Shown here piece after piece: positions 1 to 8,651 of a stretch of DNA of 42,978 nt. Both the position numbers and the translations under genes were made by a program. The notes beneath the pieces were generated by a model that was not told where the DNA came from, made no database searches, and was given only the letters and a program-made list of their open reading frames with translations. Each line of letters begins with the position of its first letter. The first letter of the stretch is position 1. The stretch spans positions 1 to 42,978 of the forward strand of contig CALUSJ010000057.1 of the NCBI GenBank assembly GCA_944323405.1. The letters are read 5' to 3'. This stretch comes from Candidatus Gastranaerophilales bacterium (lineage in GTDB: Bacteria; Cyanobacteriota; Vampirovibrionia; Gastranaerophilales; Gastranaerophilaceae).

Positions 1-42
1 ACCGTGAAAGGGTGTTGTCCTAGGCCTCTAGACGATGGGGGC
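1..42 (-). tRNA. tRNA-Glu(UUC), 5' part only (runs off window edge)
   Basis: Reverse complement reads GCCCCCATCGTCTAGAGGCCTAGGACAACACCCTTTCACGGT: acceptor 5' strand, D arm and anticodon loop CTTTCAC; closely resembles cyanobacterial/plastid tRNA-Glu. Confidence 0.95.
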
Positions 43-57
43 TTACTGACAATTTCT

Positions 58-85
58 ATAGTACCAAATCAATTTTGAAAGTCAA
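58..85 (-). promoter_or_regulatory. sigma70-type promoter of tRNA-Glu
   Basis: Minus strand TTGACT-N16-TACTAT with TGn extension, 15 nt upstream of the tRNA 5' end. Confidence 0.7.
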
Positions 86-155
86 GCAATCTAATTTTAT
101 AGCTTGAATTAATGGTTTGTTAAGCGTAGAATCAGGTTATAGAATTGAGGCAAAT

Positions 156-908
156 ATGATAAATAGAAAATCAAGAGACGAAATTAAAAGAATGAGACAT
201 GCCGGGCATATTGTAGCATTGGTACATCAGAAAATGAAAGAAGTGGTTGAACCGGGGATCTCAACTAAAGAATTAGATAATATCGCAATGAAGGTTATAA
301 AGGAAAATAAGGCAATTCCTACATTTCTTGGGTATAATGGATTTCCTGCAAGTATATGTACATCTATTAATGAAAAAGTCGTTCACGGAATCCCTTCAGA
401 AACTGAGATTTTAAAAGATGGTGATATTATAGCAATAGATGTTGGTGCAACATATGGCGGAATGGTAGGTGATAGTGCTTGGTCTTATGCGGTTGGGAAT
501 ATTTCCGATGATAAAAAAATGCTTATGAAAGCAACCGAAGAAGCACTTATGGCTGGTATTTCCAAGATGAGGGCAGGAAATGTACTGGATGATATTTCAG
601 GAGCGGTTGAAGATGTTGCCAATAGCTACAACCTGGGTATTGTCCGCCAATACGGAGGTCACGGTGTAGGGCATAGTATGCACGAAGATCCGTTTTTATT
701 TAACTATAGAGTTGGGGATAAAACTCTTATAAAATCCGGCATGGTAATTGCAATCGAACCTATGTTAAATTTAGGCGGTGATGAGGTTTTTGTAGAAGAT
801 GATAACTGGGGCGTTGTTACAAAAGACAGAAAACCATCTGCGCACTTTGAACATACTGTTCTTGCCACAGATGGTGAGCCGATTCTTATGACAACATTAT
901 GGGAATAG
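156..908 (+). CDS. map: type I methionine aminopeptidase
   Basis: GFPASICTSINEKVVHGIP, IDVG..GDSA, GHGVG..HEDP, AIEPM, SAHFEHT motifs; start moved to ATG 156 (GAGG at 147-150). Confidence 0.97.
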   Translation: MINRKSRDEIKRMRHAGHIVALVHQKMKEVVEPGISTKELDNIAMKVIKENKAIPTFLGYNGFPASICTSINEKVVHGIPSETEILKDGDIIAIDVGATYGGMVGDSAWSYAVGNISDDKKMLMKATEEALMAGISKMRAGNVLDDISGAVEDVANSYNLGIVRQYGGHGVGHSMHEDPFLFNYRVGDKTLIKSGMVIAIEPMLNLGGDEVFVEDDNWGVVTKDRKPSAHFEHTVLATDGEPILMTTLWE

Positions 909-1514
909 TATATTCTTGAATGTTTCTGCTATAGCATCAAGTTTTTCGGTGCCCCATTCTGCCAGATTTTCGAGTATGCTTTTGCTTTTTTTGTGCAGCT
1001 CAGCAGCTTCTTGCTGTTCTTTTTGCGCATTTTGCTGCTCTTTTACAGCTTCTTGTTGTTCTTTTGCCGCCTCTTGTGTCTTTCTTGCTTGCATTTCGGC
1101 ATCTGTTTCTAAATCAAATTTTAATACAGCGCCATCATCACACATAATAGTTGTTACGCCAGCATTAGCATCTCTTTTGATACCTGTTACGCCATTTTTA
1201 CCAACTAAAGATTCTGCTTTCTGAAGATCACTTTCGCTTAAATCATTTTCATTGCCATCAAGTTTTCTTAGTTTATCGAAAATTGCATAACGCTTATTAT
1301 TTAAATCCATAGTGGCGAGTTTACCGCTTTTTCCATTACTGTATATTCTTGTTGTTTCTCCTGATTTACCATTTTTAATCGTAGTCGAAATATCTCCGAC
1401 TTCGCCCATTTCTCGTTGTCTAAAATTAGTAATAGTAGTGTTTCTAGCAAATGATACTGTAAAATTTTCGTATGCTCCAGTGTTTGTAACTACAAGTTTG
1501 CCGCCTATTGTCAT
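897..1514 (-). CDS. hypothetical protein (~205 aa) with EF-hand-like loop and KEQQxAx coiled-coil repeats
   Basis: ORF track; ATG 1514 preceded by GAGGAG; LDGNENDLSESDL loop; KEQQEAV/KEQQNAQ/KEQQEAA heptads; 3' end overlaps map stop. Confidence 0.75.
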   Translation of the reverse strand: MTIGGKLVVTNTGAYENFTVSFARNTTITNFRQREMGEVGDISTTIKNGKSGETTRIYSNGKSGKLATMDLNNKRYAIFDKLRKLDGNENDLSESDLQKAESLVGKNGVTGIKRDANAGVTTIMCDDGAVLKFDLETDAEMQARKTQEAAKEQQEAVKEQQNAQKEQQEAAELHKKSKSILENLAEWGTEKLDAIAETFKNILFP

Positions 1515-1550
1515 ATATGTCTCCTCTTCTATAAATATCCTGTATGTATA

Positions 1551-1580
1551 TATAAAGTATTTCAATAAACAATAATTGCC
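1551..1580 (-). promoter_or_regulatory. GGCAAT-N16-ACTTTATA bipartite motif (candidate alternative-sigma promoter), copy 1
   Basis: Minus strand GGCAATtattgtttattgaaatACTTTATA; same motif and spacing at 4626, 20614 and 41672. Confidence 0.65.
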
Positions 1581-1724
1581 TATTGAAAACATAAGAATTT
1601 AAGAAGAAACTCTCAAATCGAATAATATCGCAAAATAATCGACTTAATATATCTTAATATTTTGTTGAAGTCTTCGTATTTGATTTTTTTATTTGTACAG
1701 TTACAGAAGATTTATTAAAAGATT

Positions 1725-3011
1725 TTAGCCGCCCCAGATTTCATCGTCGTAATATGCTAGTTCTAAATGACCTAAAATAACAGTGTCACCGTTTTTGAGT
1801 CCGTAATTGTGTAATTCTTCGAAAACTCCCATACTTTTCAGGATATTTTGAAGTCTTACGACTTGTTCGGTGTTTCTAGCGTCTGTAACTTTTGCAAGTC
1901 GGTTTATTTTACCTCCTGATATAAGATATGTTTCTTTATCAAGCTTTGTAACCTCAAAATCGCTGTCATCATTATCATATGCACCTAAATCTTCTTCGAT
2001 ATCAATATCAAATTTGGGCTTGGGGATTTCATCAACTTTTCGGGATATAAAATGCAATAATTCATTTATCCCTTCTTTTGTAACTGCTGATATCGGGTAA
2101 ATATCGCAAGAATAAGGTTTAAAATCCTCCACCAATTTATTCAAATCTTGTTTTTGAATAGCATCTATTTTATTTAATACAAGAATTTGATAGAGTTCAG
2201 CCAAGCCTTTAGAATGTTTTTCGAGTTCTTTATTGATAATTTTATAATTTTCAAGCGGATGTTCAGAAGTTAAATCTACTATATGAACCAAAAAACGGCA
2301 TCTTTCAACATGTCTTAAAAATTCGTGTCCGAGTCCAACTCCTTCTGAGGCACCTTCAATAAGCCCGGGAATATCAGCAATAACATAAGAGCCGCTGTCA
2401 TCTTTTTTTACAACACCCAAATTTGGCACAAGAGTTGTAAAAGGGTAATCGGCAATCTTTGGTTTTGCAGAGCTTACAGCGCTAATAAAAGTTGATTTTC
2501 CTGCATTCGGCATTCCAAGAAGCCCGACATCAGCAATAAGTTTTAATTCTAACTCTAGAACTCTTTCAATACCAGGTTCTCCAGGTTCACAAAATTGCGG
2601 AGCTCTCTTTTGCGCTGTTGCAAATCTTGCATTTCCTCTTCCGCCTCTTCCGCCTTTTGCAATAAGAACGGATTGTTCATTTTCAGTAAAATCAGCAATA
2701 ATCTTACCAGTCTTAGTGTCTCGAACTATCGTTCCTAATGGAACTTTTATATATAAATCTTTTGCACAAGCTCCATGCATTCCTTTTATACCGCCGTTTT
2801 CGCCGGATTGAGCTTTGAATACAGATTTAAGCTTAAAATCAAGGAGTGTAGACATATTCTCATCTGCAACAAAATAAATATCACCGCCGCGACCGCCGTC
2901 ACCGCCTGCGGGGCCGCCTTTGTCTACATATTTTTCTCTGCGCCAGGCAACCATACCATTTCCGCCATGGCCGGATATTACTCTGATTTTTGCTTTATCT
3001 AAAAATTTCAT
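1725..3011 (-). CDS. obgE: GTPase ObgE/CgtA with C-terminal DUF1967-type extension
   Basis: Gly-rich Obg domain GGPAGGDGGRGG, G1 GMPNAGKST, YPFTTLVPNLG, DIPGLIEGA, NKID. Confidence 0.98.
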   Translation of the reverse strand: MKFLDKAKIRVISGHGGNGMVAWRREKYVDKGGPAGGDGGRGGDIYFVADENMSTLLDFKLKSVFKAQSGENGGIKGMHGACAKDLYIKVPLGTIVRDTKTGKIIADFTENEQSVLIAKGGRGGRGNARFATAQKRAPQFCEPGEPGIERVLELELKLIADVGLLGMPNAGKSTFISAVSSAKPKIADYPFTTLVPNLGVVKKDDSGSYVIADIPGLIEGASEGVGLGHEFLRHVERCRFLVHIVDLTSEHPLENYKIINKELEKHSKGLAELYQILVLNKIDAIQKQDLNKLVEDFKPYSCDIYPISAVTKEGINELLHFISRKVDEIPKPKFDIDIEEDLGAYDNDDSDFEVTKLDKETYLISGGKINRLAKVTDARNTEQVVRLQNILKSMGVFEELHNYGLKNGDTVILGHLELAYYDDEIWGG

Positions 3012-3092
3012 ACGATTTGTGATTAACCTTTCGAGCTGGTGTTATCTATTATACTACAACGAATATAAATTTTTTTCATGTATAATTAATTT

Positions 3093-4571
3093 ATGTTCAA
3101 GAGAGTATTGTGTTTTTTTGTATGCTGGATTTTTGTTGTTTCGAACTGTGTATACGCAATAGAGCACGATGATGACTTATTTAAACCAGTGGAAATTAAA
3201 GAAGGGATGAGTCTTTCTGTTTTGGATTGTGTTGCAAATGCTTTTAAGCACAGTCCTAAAATAAAACGCAAGAAATACAATCTCGATGTTGCAAAAAGTA
3301 ATGTAGGAATCGCAAGAGCGCAATATTTTCCTGTAATCGGGGCTGGGGCAGGATTTTATAACGAAAATAATTCAGATAATATTTATTATAATACTCATTA
3401 TCGAGAGCTTCCTAACCTAGGAGTTACTATTAATAAAATGATATGGGATTTTGGCAGAACAACGGCATATATCAAAATGGAGGAATTTTATAAGCTGGGA
3501 GCAGAGTACGAATTTATGGACAGCTTATGTTCAACGCTTTTTGATGTAAAAGCTAAATATTATAGTCTTTTGCGTGCTAAAGCTCTTGTTCAGGTAGCGC
3601 AGAACAATGTTGAAATAAACGAAAATTTTGTTAAATTGGCTAAAAAAACGCCTGATTTAAAAACCGCAGAATTCCAATTAAGCGAAGCCAAGATTAATCT
3701 GATTGAAACAAAAAACAATTATCTAAATTCTAAGGTTGATTTAAGTAATTCAATGTATTTAGATAATCCTCCAAATTTTGATATTCAGAATACAAGGACT
3801 TTTGATTTTGATAATTACTATGCCTATAATTCAATGAAGGAACCCCAGAAATTTGTCGGGTATGAATTTAGTTTCCCTCGTGATAAGGCAACAGAGATGG
3901 CTTACGACAACAGCCCTGATTTACAAATACTGATTTCTTCTAAAAAAGCAATGGAACAATCACTTTTATATATCAAAAGAACTTATTTCCCGGAACTTTC
4001 AGCTGGTGCTGGGTATGGTTTTGTAAATTCCAATCAATCATCTAATAATAATTTCCAGGTAGGAGTGAACCTAAACTCGAGTGTTAACCTTATGGAGCTC
4101 AGGCATTCAATTAAAGGAGCTGATGCGCAGGTAAAGCTTGCTGATAATGAAATAACTCTTTTCAAAAAGGATTTGTATTATGAAGTTAGGCGTGCTTTTA
4201 ATAATTTTGATAAGGCAGAAAGAGAAATTCCGACGGCTCAAATGGCGGCAAAACAAGCTTTAGAAACTCTTAAGCTTGTGGAAGAAAAGTATAAGTCAAA
4301 TGAACTTAATTATATAGCGCTTCAAGATGCTCGAAAAGATTATATTCACTCTGTGCAAGAATACATAGAAAGCCTTTATAATTACAACCTGGCGCTTATT
4401 CAAGTCGAAATGGCAATGCATTACCATATTGTAGATATTCATCACAAAACAGAGCACGCTATGTGCTACCATTCAGAAGAAATCATTAATCATTTGAATG
4501 AAGTTTTGAACTGTGATGAAAAAGAAGTTAAGCCGAATAAAAAATCAAAGCGTAAGCCGGATGCTCTATAA
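3093..4571 (+). CDS. TolC-family outer membrane efflux protein
   Basis: Signal peptide ending VYA; two OEP-type repeats (SPKIK..ARAQYFP, IWDFG; SPDLQ..KRTYFP; EVRRAF, ALQDAR). Confidence 0.85.
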   Translation: MFKRVLCFFVCWIFVVSNCVYAIEHDDDLFKPVEIKEGMSLSVLDCVANAFKHSPKIKRKKYNLDVAKSNVGIARAQYFPVIGAGAGFYNENNSDNIYYNTHYRELPNLGVTINKMIWDFGRTTAYIKMEEFYKLGAEYEFMDSLCSTLFDVKAKYYSLLRAKALVQVAQNNVEINENFVKLAKKTPDLKTAEFQLSEAKINLIETKNNYLNSKVDLSNSMYLDNPPNFDIQNTRTFDFDNYYAYNSMKEPQKFVGYEFSFPRDKATEMAYDNSPDLQILISSKKAMEQSLLYIKRTYFPELSAGAGYGFVNSNQSSNNNFQVGVNLNSSVNLMELRHSIKGADAQVKLADNEITLFKKDLYYEVRRAFNNFDKAEREIPTAQMAAKQALETLKLVEEKYKSNELNYIALQDARKDYIHSVQEYIESLYNYNLALIQVEMAMHYHIVDIHHKTEHAMCYHSEEIINHLNEVLNCDEKEVKPNKKSKRKPDAL

Positions 4572-4625
4572 AGAGTTTTGTTTATTAAGAGATGTAAAAA
4601 AAATTAATAATTTATTTTATAATTA

Positions 4626-4676
4626 CGCAATTTTTGTTACTTTTCTTACTTTATAATAATAAGTAAGAAAAAGTAA
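4626..4676 (+). promoter_or_regulatory. CGCAAT-N16-ACTTTATA motif, copy 2, overlapped by an inverted repeat
   Basis: CGCAAT 4626-4631, ACTTTATA 4648-4655; inverted repeat TTTTCTTACTT (4641-4651) / AAGTAAGAAAA (4661-4671). Confidence 0.6.
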
Positions 4677-4685
4677 GGGTTTATT

Positions 4686-7301
4686 ATGACGGAAATTATT
4701 AGCAGTAATAATATTAATTCTTTTAACAAACAGAACTTGCCTCAAAACAATAAAAATACATTTTCGACTATACAAACTCAAAAAGAGTCGGTAGATGCTT
4801 TTTATCGTAAGGAGAGGCGTAAAAATAACGGCTTAATAGAAAAACTTTATAATAAAATTAAAAATCTTACAGGTTTGGGTGTCGGCTCTAAGAAAGTCGA
4901 AAAAGTTATTGCAGATTCAAAAACGGGTAAAGCAAGCCAAAAAGATGTTTTAGATATAATGCATAAATATCATACATCTCAGGAAAATTCAGCTCAATTA
5001 TTTGGTGATGCAGCATCTGTTACAGCCGGAGGAATAACTTATTTTGTACTTCGGAGAAAAGCAAAAATGCTTAATTCTACAGCTGTTCTTAATAAAAATA
5101 TAACTAAACTAGCTGAAAAATTTGGTATTTCTACTAAGCTCGCAGAAAATCTTATAAATTTAGGCAAGTCTAATAAAAAACTTATGGGATTAGTACTAGG
5201 TGCATCTGCTTTGACTGCCGGTTATACAAAATTTTGGCTCTTAAAATTCAATAGAGCCGGCTCTAAAGAATTTATAGTTGACGAAAATGCATATGGTAAA
5301 AAGAAAACAAGGAATTCTTATCAGAAATATCTTGCAAAGCAAGAAAAGAAAGACTTGAAAAAAGAACGAATAAAAACTAATTTCAAAAACTTTGTATCCG
5401 GCATGATTAACGGGCTAATGTTTCCGGCGTTTGCGCTTGGCGGAATAATCGGCGCACCTCTTTATCTTGTTGGAAACAGTTTGAACAGATATTTTGTTGC
5501 TAATAAAACAGACAAAAAGAAATCTTTCGGCGGTTATATTGATAATCTAAAAACAGATGGAGTTATAATTGGTGCTGCAACTGCTGCGGCTGCTGTACCT
5601 TTAGTTAAAAAAGGTAATTTTATAAAAGTTTTTGATGAAAACTTAAAGAAAGCAACAGATAAATTAGAAAAAGCAACTCTAAAAGCCCCAGATTATGCCG
5701 GGAAATCAACTTATGAGAATTTGCAGGATGTTCTATTCAGCAATAAGGCTGTCAGAGATATTATTTATGATTCCAGAATTTCAGTTGAAGATAAGATAAA
5801 GAAATTAACTGACGAAAACATTTTTGCGGTCAAATTTAAACAAATCTCAAACGACGGAACTGAATTAACAAAAGCTCTAAGAGAAAATTGTCCGCCAAGC
5901 AGGACTTTAGACGAGGCAAAACAATATATAACAAACGCTTTAGGCAGCGGATACGAAGTCAAAAAACTTTTAGGTGTCGGAACTGTTGCAGAAACTTATC
6001 TTGCAAAAAGTCCTGATGGAAAGGAAGTTTGTATAAAGATTATTAAAAATGGTATTGATGAAAACAAAATTCTTAAAGATAAAGAAAAATTTATCAACAT
6101 TGTTAAAAATTCAAAAGATTATACTGAAGACGAAAAGAACTTCTTGTTGAAAAATATTGAAGATTTAGCAAGTGGTATTTCTAAAGAAATTGACCTTAAA
6201 AATGAACTAGAAGCTGCAAATAAGCTTGTACCATATACAAAAGTAGCCAATGTCGTAAAACCGATAGAGGTCAAAAACGGAGTTTATATCATGGAAAAAG
6301 CGAATGGTATAAGCCTTGAATCTCTGGTTGAACTTAATTCTGCAAAATTATACAAAGAAGCTTTACAAGATGATAAAAAATCCCTTAATTTTTTAGAACC
6401 TGCTCGAGTATCAAAACTAGGGCAGCTTATCAGAAGTAAAAATACAAAAGAGGAAAAAATTGAAGCAATAGACCAATATATTAAGCGTATAGAAGCAAGG
6501 ACGCCGGAATTCGGTGATATAAGCTTGAGCAAAAAAGATGTTGATAACCTGATTAATGAATATATGAAAGTTTTGACAGAGCAATTTGTTAAGGTTGAAA
6601 AGAACGGAAAAGCAATACACGCTGATATTCATCCGGGTAATATATTTATTGATATTAATGCTCTTAAAAAGAAGAATAAAAACAAAATATTTACGCTCAT
6701 TGATACAGGAAATGTTGTAGAACAGAATCTGGAGCAATCACTCAGAGCAGTTAATTTAACTTCTTATACAAAAAGAGCTAATGTTAAGGATTTAACGGAT
6801 TATCTTCTTGAAGGAGCAAAACTTCCTCAAGGCATGACAAAGGAAGAAGCTGTCAAAAAGATTTCAGAAGAGTTGAAAAAAAGCTTCTTTGATACAGAAA
6901 CAAAACTTAATACTGTTACAAATGACAGTATTCTGACTCTGGGCTCTAACATAATGAGAAAATATAATATTATTCCTGGTGATACGCAGCTGAACTTGAA
7001 TAAGGCGAAACAATCAGCAAGCAACTCTCTTGATCATTTATTGGAGTCATTATTTAGAATAAGATTAAAAGATGTTGATGGGTTAATGAGCGGAATGTCA
7101 TCATTGAGTAAAATTGCTGCAGACATTGCTCTTGTGCATAAAAAAAATACTGCAATGATAGCAAAACAAGAAAAAGCTAATTTAAAAATCCTTCCTTTAC
7201 AAGAAAAGATTAAGCAGAAAAATAATCCGAATAATCTGGCTAAAAACAGTGAAGATTATTTGACATACAAATTAAAACAAAATATGTTAGACATACAATA
7301 A
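4686..7301 (+). CDS. ABC1/AarF/UbiB-family atypical kinase with long N-terminal membrane region
   Basis: LGVGTVAETY, VCIKI, EIDLKNE, MEKANG, HADIHPGNI catalytic loop, LIDTG; several Gly/Ala-rich hydrophobic segments in the first ~310 aa. Confidence 0.85.
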   Translation: MTEIISSNNINSFNKQNLPQNNKNTFSTIQTQKESVDAFYRKERRKNNGLIEKLYNKIKNLTGLGVGSKKVEKVIADSKTGKASQKDVLDIMHKYHTSQENSAQLFGDAASVTAGGITYFVLRRKAKMLNSTAVLNKNITKLAEKFGISTKLAENLINLGKSNKKLMGLVLGASALTAGYTKFWLLKFNRAGSKEFIVDENAYGKKKTRNSYQKYLAKQEKKDLKKERIKTNFKNFVSGMINGLMFPAFALGGIIGAPLYLVGNSLNRYFVANKTDKKKSFGGYIDNLKTDGVIIGAATAAAAVPLVKKGNFIKVFDENLKKATDKLEKATLKAPDYAGKSTYENLQDVLFSNKAVRDIIYDSRISVEDKIKKLTDENIFAVKFKQISNDGTELTKALRENCPPSRTLDEAKQYITNALGSGYEVKKLLGVGTVAETYLAKSPDGKEVCIKIIKNGIDENKILKDKEKFINIVKNSKDYTEDEKNFLLKNIEDLASGISKEIDLKNELEAANKLVPYTKVANVVKPIEVKNGVYIMEKANGISLESLVELNSAKLYKEALQDDKKSLNFLEPARVSKLGQLIRSKNTKEEKIEAIDQYIKRIEARTPEFGDISLSKKDVDNLINEYMKVLTEQFVKVEKNGKAIHADIHPGNIFIDINALKKKNKNKIFTLIDTGNVVEQNLEQSLRAVNLTSYTKRANVKDLTDYLLEGAKLPQGMTKEEAVKKISEELKKSFFDTETKLNTVTNDSILTLGSNIMRKYNIIPGDTQLNLNKAKQSASNSLDHLLESLFRIRLKDVDGLMSGMSSLSKIAADIALVHKKNTAMIAKQEKANLKILPLQEKIKQKNNPNNLAKNSEDYLTYKLKQNMLDIQ

Positions 7302-7340
7302 ATTCAGTATCCCTGTGTTTTATGCCCAAGATGCTAAGAG

Positions 7341-8186
7341 TTAGAACTTTGCGTATGAGCCTATTACCCTGATAGTTTTAGCCTGAGGCTCCAAATCACG
7401 GATAAGATTTTTGATAATCTCGTCTTCTTTATGTCCGTCAAAGTCAATAAATACAGCCTGTTCTTCTGCATTGTTATTCATCATTTTTGAGTTTATCTGA
7501 GTTATATTGATATGATATTTTACAAAAACCTGAACGATATCCAACAAGGCTCCCTGCCTGTCATTCAAGAATAAAACTATACTCGTTTTATCTTTTCCTG
7601 TCGGCTGAGTCTCAGCGTCTCCGATAACAATAAACCGGCGCTTATTATCTTTATCATCTTCAATATGTTCACGCAATACATTTAAGTTGTATATCTCAGC
7701 GGTTTTATGAGTTCCTATAATAGAATATGTTAAATTATAGCTGTTCAAGCGTCTTGCTGCATCATCCATGCTTTCAGCTACTACAATATTAAGTTGTCGG
7801 GGCATTTCTTCTCTTACAAAATTTTTGCTTTTTGCCAGTGCATTAGGATTCGCTATCAGCCCGGTTAAACTATAAAATTCTGTAGTTTTTGATAAAATAC
7901 AATCATTTACTGGGACAATTGTTTCTGCAAGAATTTGAATATTTTGATTTTTAGTCATAATCAAGTTATCAATAGTTTCTCTGATAATCCCCTTATATGT
8001 AGTCTCGACGGGTAATACAGTTATAGCATTGCAATTCTCGTCCACATAATCAATGCAATCCTTAATAGAATTTAAAGATTTTTGATATAAATACAAATCA
8101 TATGCCTTAAATAACTTATCTTTTGCTATTTCAGAATATGAACCGCCCATGCCGAGACATATAATTTCGTTAAATTCTTCAAACAT
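7341..8186 (-). CDS. prephenate dehydratase-like protein (PDT+ACT), degenerate paralog
   Basis: Colinear with PheA at 29901 (LGMGGSYS, GIIRETIDNL, TGKDKTSI, FIDFDGH, VIGSY) but catalytic-region motifs are altered. Confidence 0.8.
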   Translation of the reverse strand: MFEEFNEIICLGMGGSYSEIAKDKLFKAYDLYLYQKSLNSIKDCIDYVDENCNAITVLPVETTYKGIIRETIDNLIMTKNQNIQILAETIVPVNDCILSKTTEFYSLTGLIANPNALAKSKNFVREEMPRQLNIVVAESMDDAARRLNSYNLTYSIIGTHKTAEIYNLNVLREHIEDDKDNKRRFIVIGDAETQPTGKDKTSIVLFLNDRQGALLDIVQVFVKYHINITQINSKMMNNNAEEQAVFIDFDGHKEDEIIKNLIRDLEPQAKTIRVIGSYAKF

Positions 8187-8206
8187 ACAAACTCCATTCC
8201 TAAATA

Positions 8207-8234
8207 ATTATATCTTAAATATAAAGACTAGCAA
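8207..8234 (-). promoter_or_regulatory. sigma70-type promoter of the PDT-like gene
   Basis: Minus strand TTGCTA-N16-TATAAT. Confidence 0.55.
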
Positions 8235-8281
8235 ATTTTTTTGTGTTTAAATTTTACTACAATATACAAAGGAGATCCAAT

Positions 8282-8554
8282 ATGAAAATAAGACCTGGTA
8301 ATGGAATTTCAAGGCAATATAACAATGCAAAAATAATACGAAATAGAGGGTGGTTAGTAGGCGGTTCCAGTTTTGTTCTCGCAGGATTGAATGCCTCTCA
8401 AAGAAATGGATTTTTCACAGTAGCCTTAGGTATAATAACTTGTGTTTGGGCAAAAATTATAGAAACTTCAATATATCGAATGCAAGGTTTGAAAAATGAA
8501 TATAAACAAATATTAGAAAGAGCTAATAGTATTAAAAATCAAAAGAAATCTTAA
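8282..8554 (+). CDS. small basic hypothetical membrane protein (90 aa, 2 hydrophobic segments)
   Basis: AAAGGAG RBS before ATG 8282; WLVGGSSFVLAGL and FFTVALGIITCVW. Confidence 0.7.
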   Translation: MKIRPGNGISRQYNNAKIIRNRGWLVGGSSFVLAGLNASQRNGFFTVALGIITCVWAKIIETSIYRMQGLKNEYKQILERANSIKNQKKS

Positions 8555-8567
8555 AATGAGCTAAATC

Positions 8568-8621
8568 TTGACTTGGGGTTATATTTAAAGTATTTTGAAA
8601 AGTGTACATAGGTACACTTTT
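8568..8621 (+). promoter_or_regulatory. yidC promoter and downstream palindrome
   Basis: TTGACT-N17-TATTTT followed by AAAAGTGTAC-atag-GTACACTTTT (8598-8621). Confidence 0.6.
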
Positions 8622-8651
8622 TGAGATTAGAATAAATTTAGGGAAGAGTAT

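Noticed and set aside
916-1224. Cys/Ser/Phe-rich 102-aa ORF that looks like a RiPP or metallothionein precursor
   Set aside because: It is the antisense shadow of the KEQQEA repeats in 897..1514; TTG start and no RBS
1615-1645. Three ATCG units at ~10-11 nt spacing, and GTCGATTA as a sigma-28 -10
   Set aside because: No correctly spaced TAAA -35; too short to distinguish from chance
8229-8262. AGCAAA...ACTACAAT as another GGCAAT-type promoter for the 90-aa gene
   Set aside because: Spacing is wrong, and TAGCAA is better explained as the -35 (TTGCTA) of the divergent PDT-like gene
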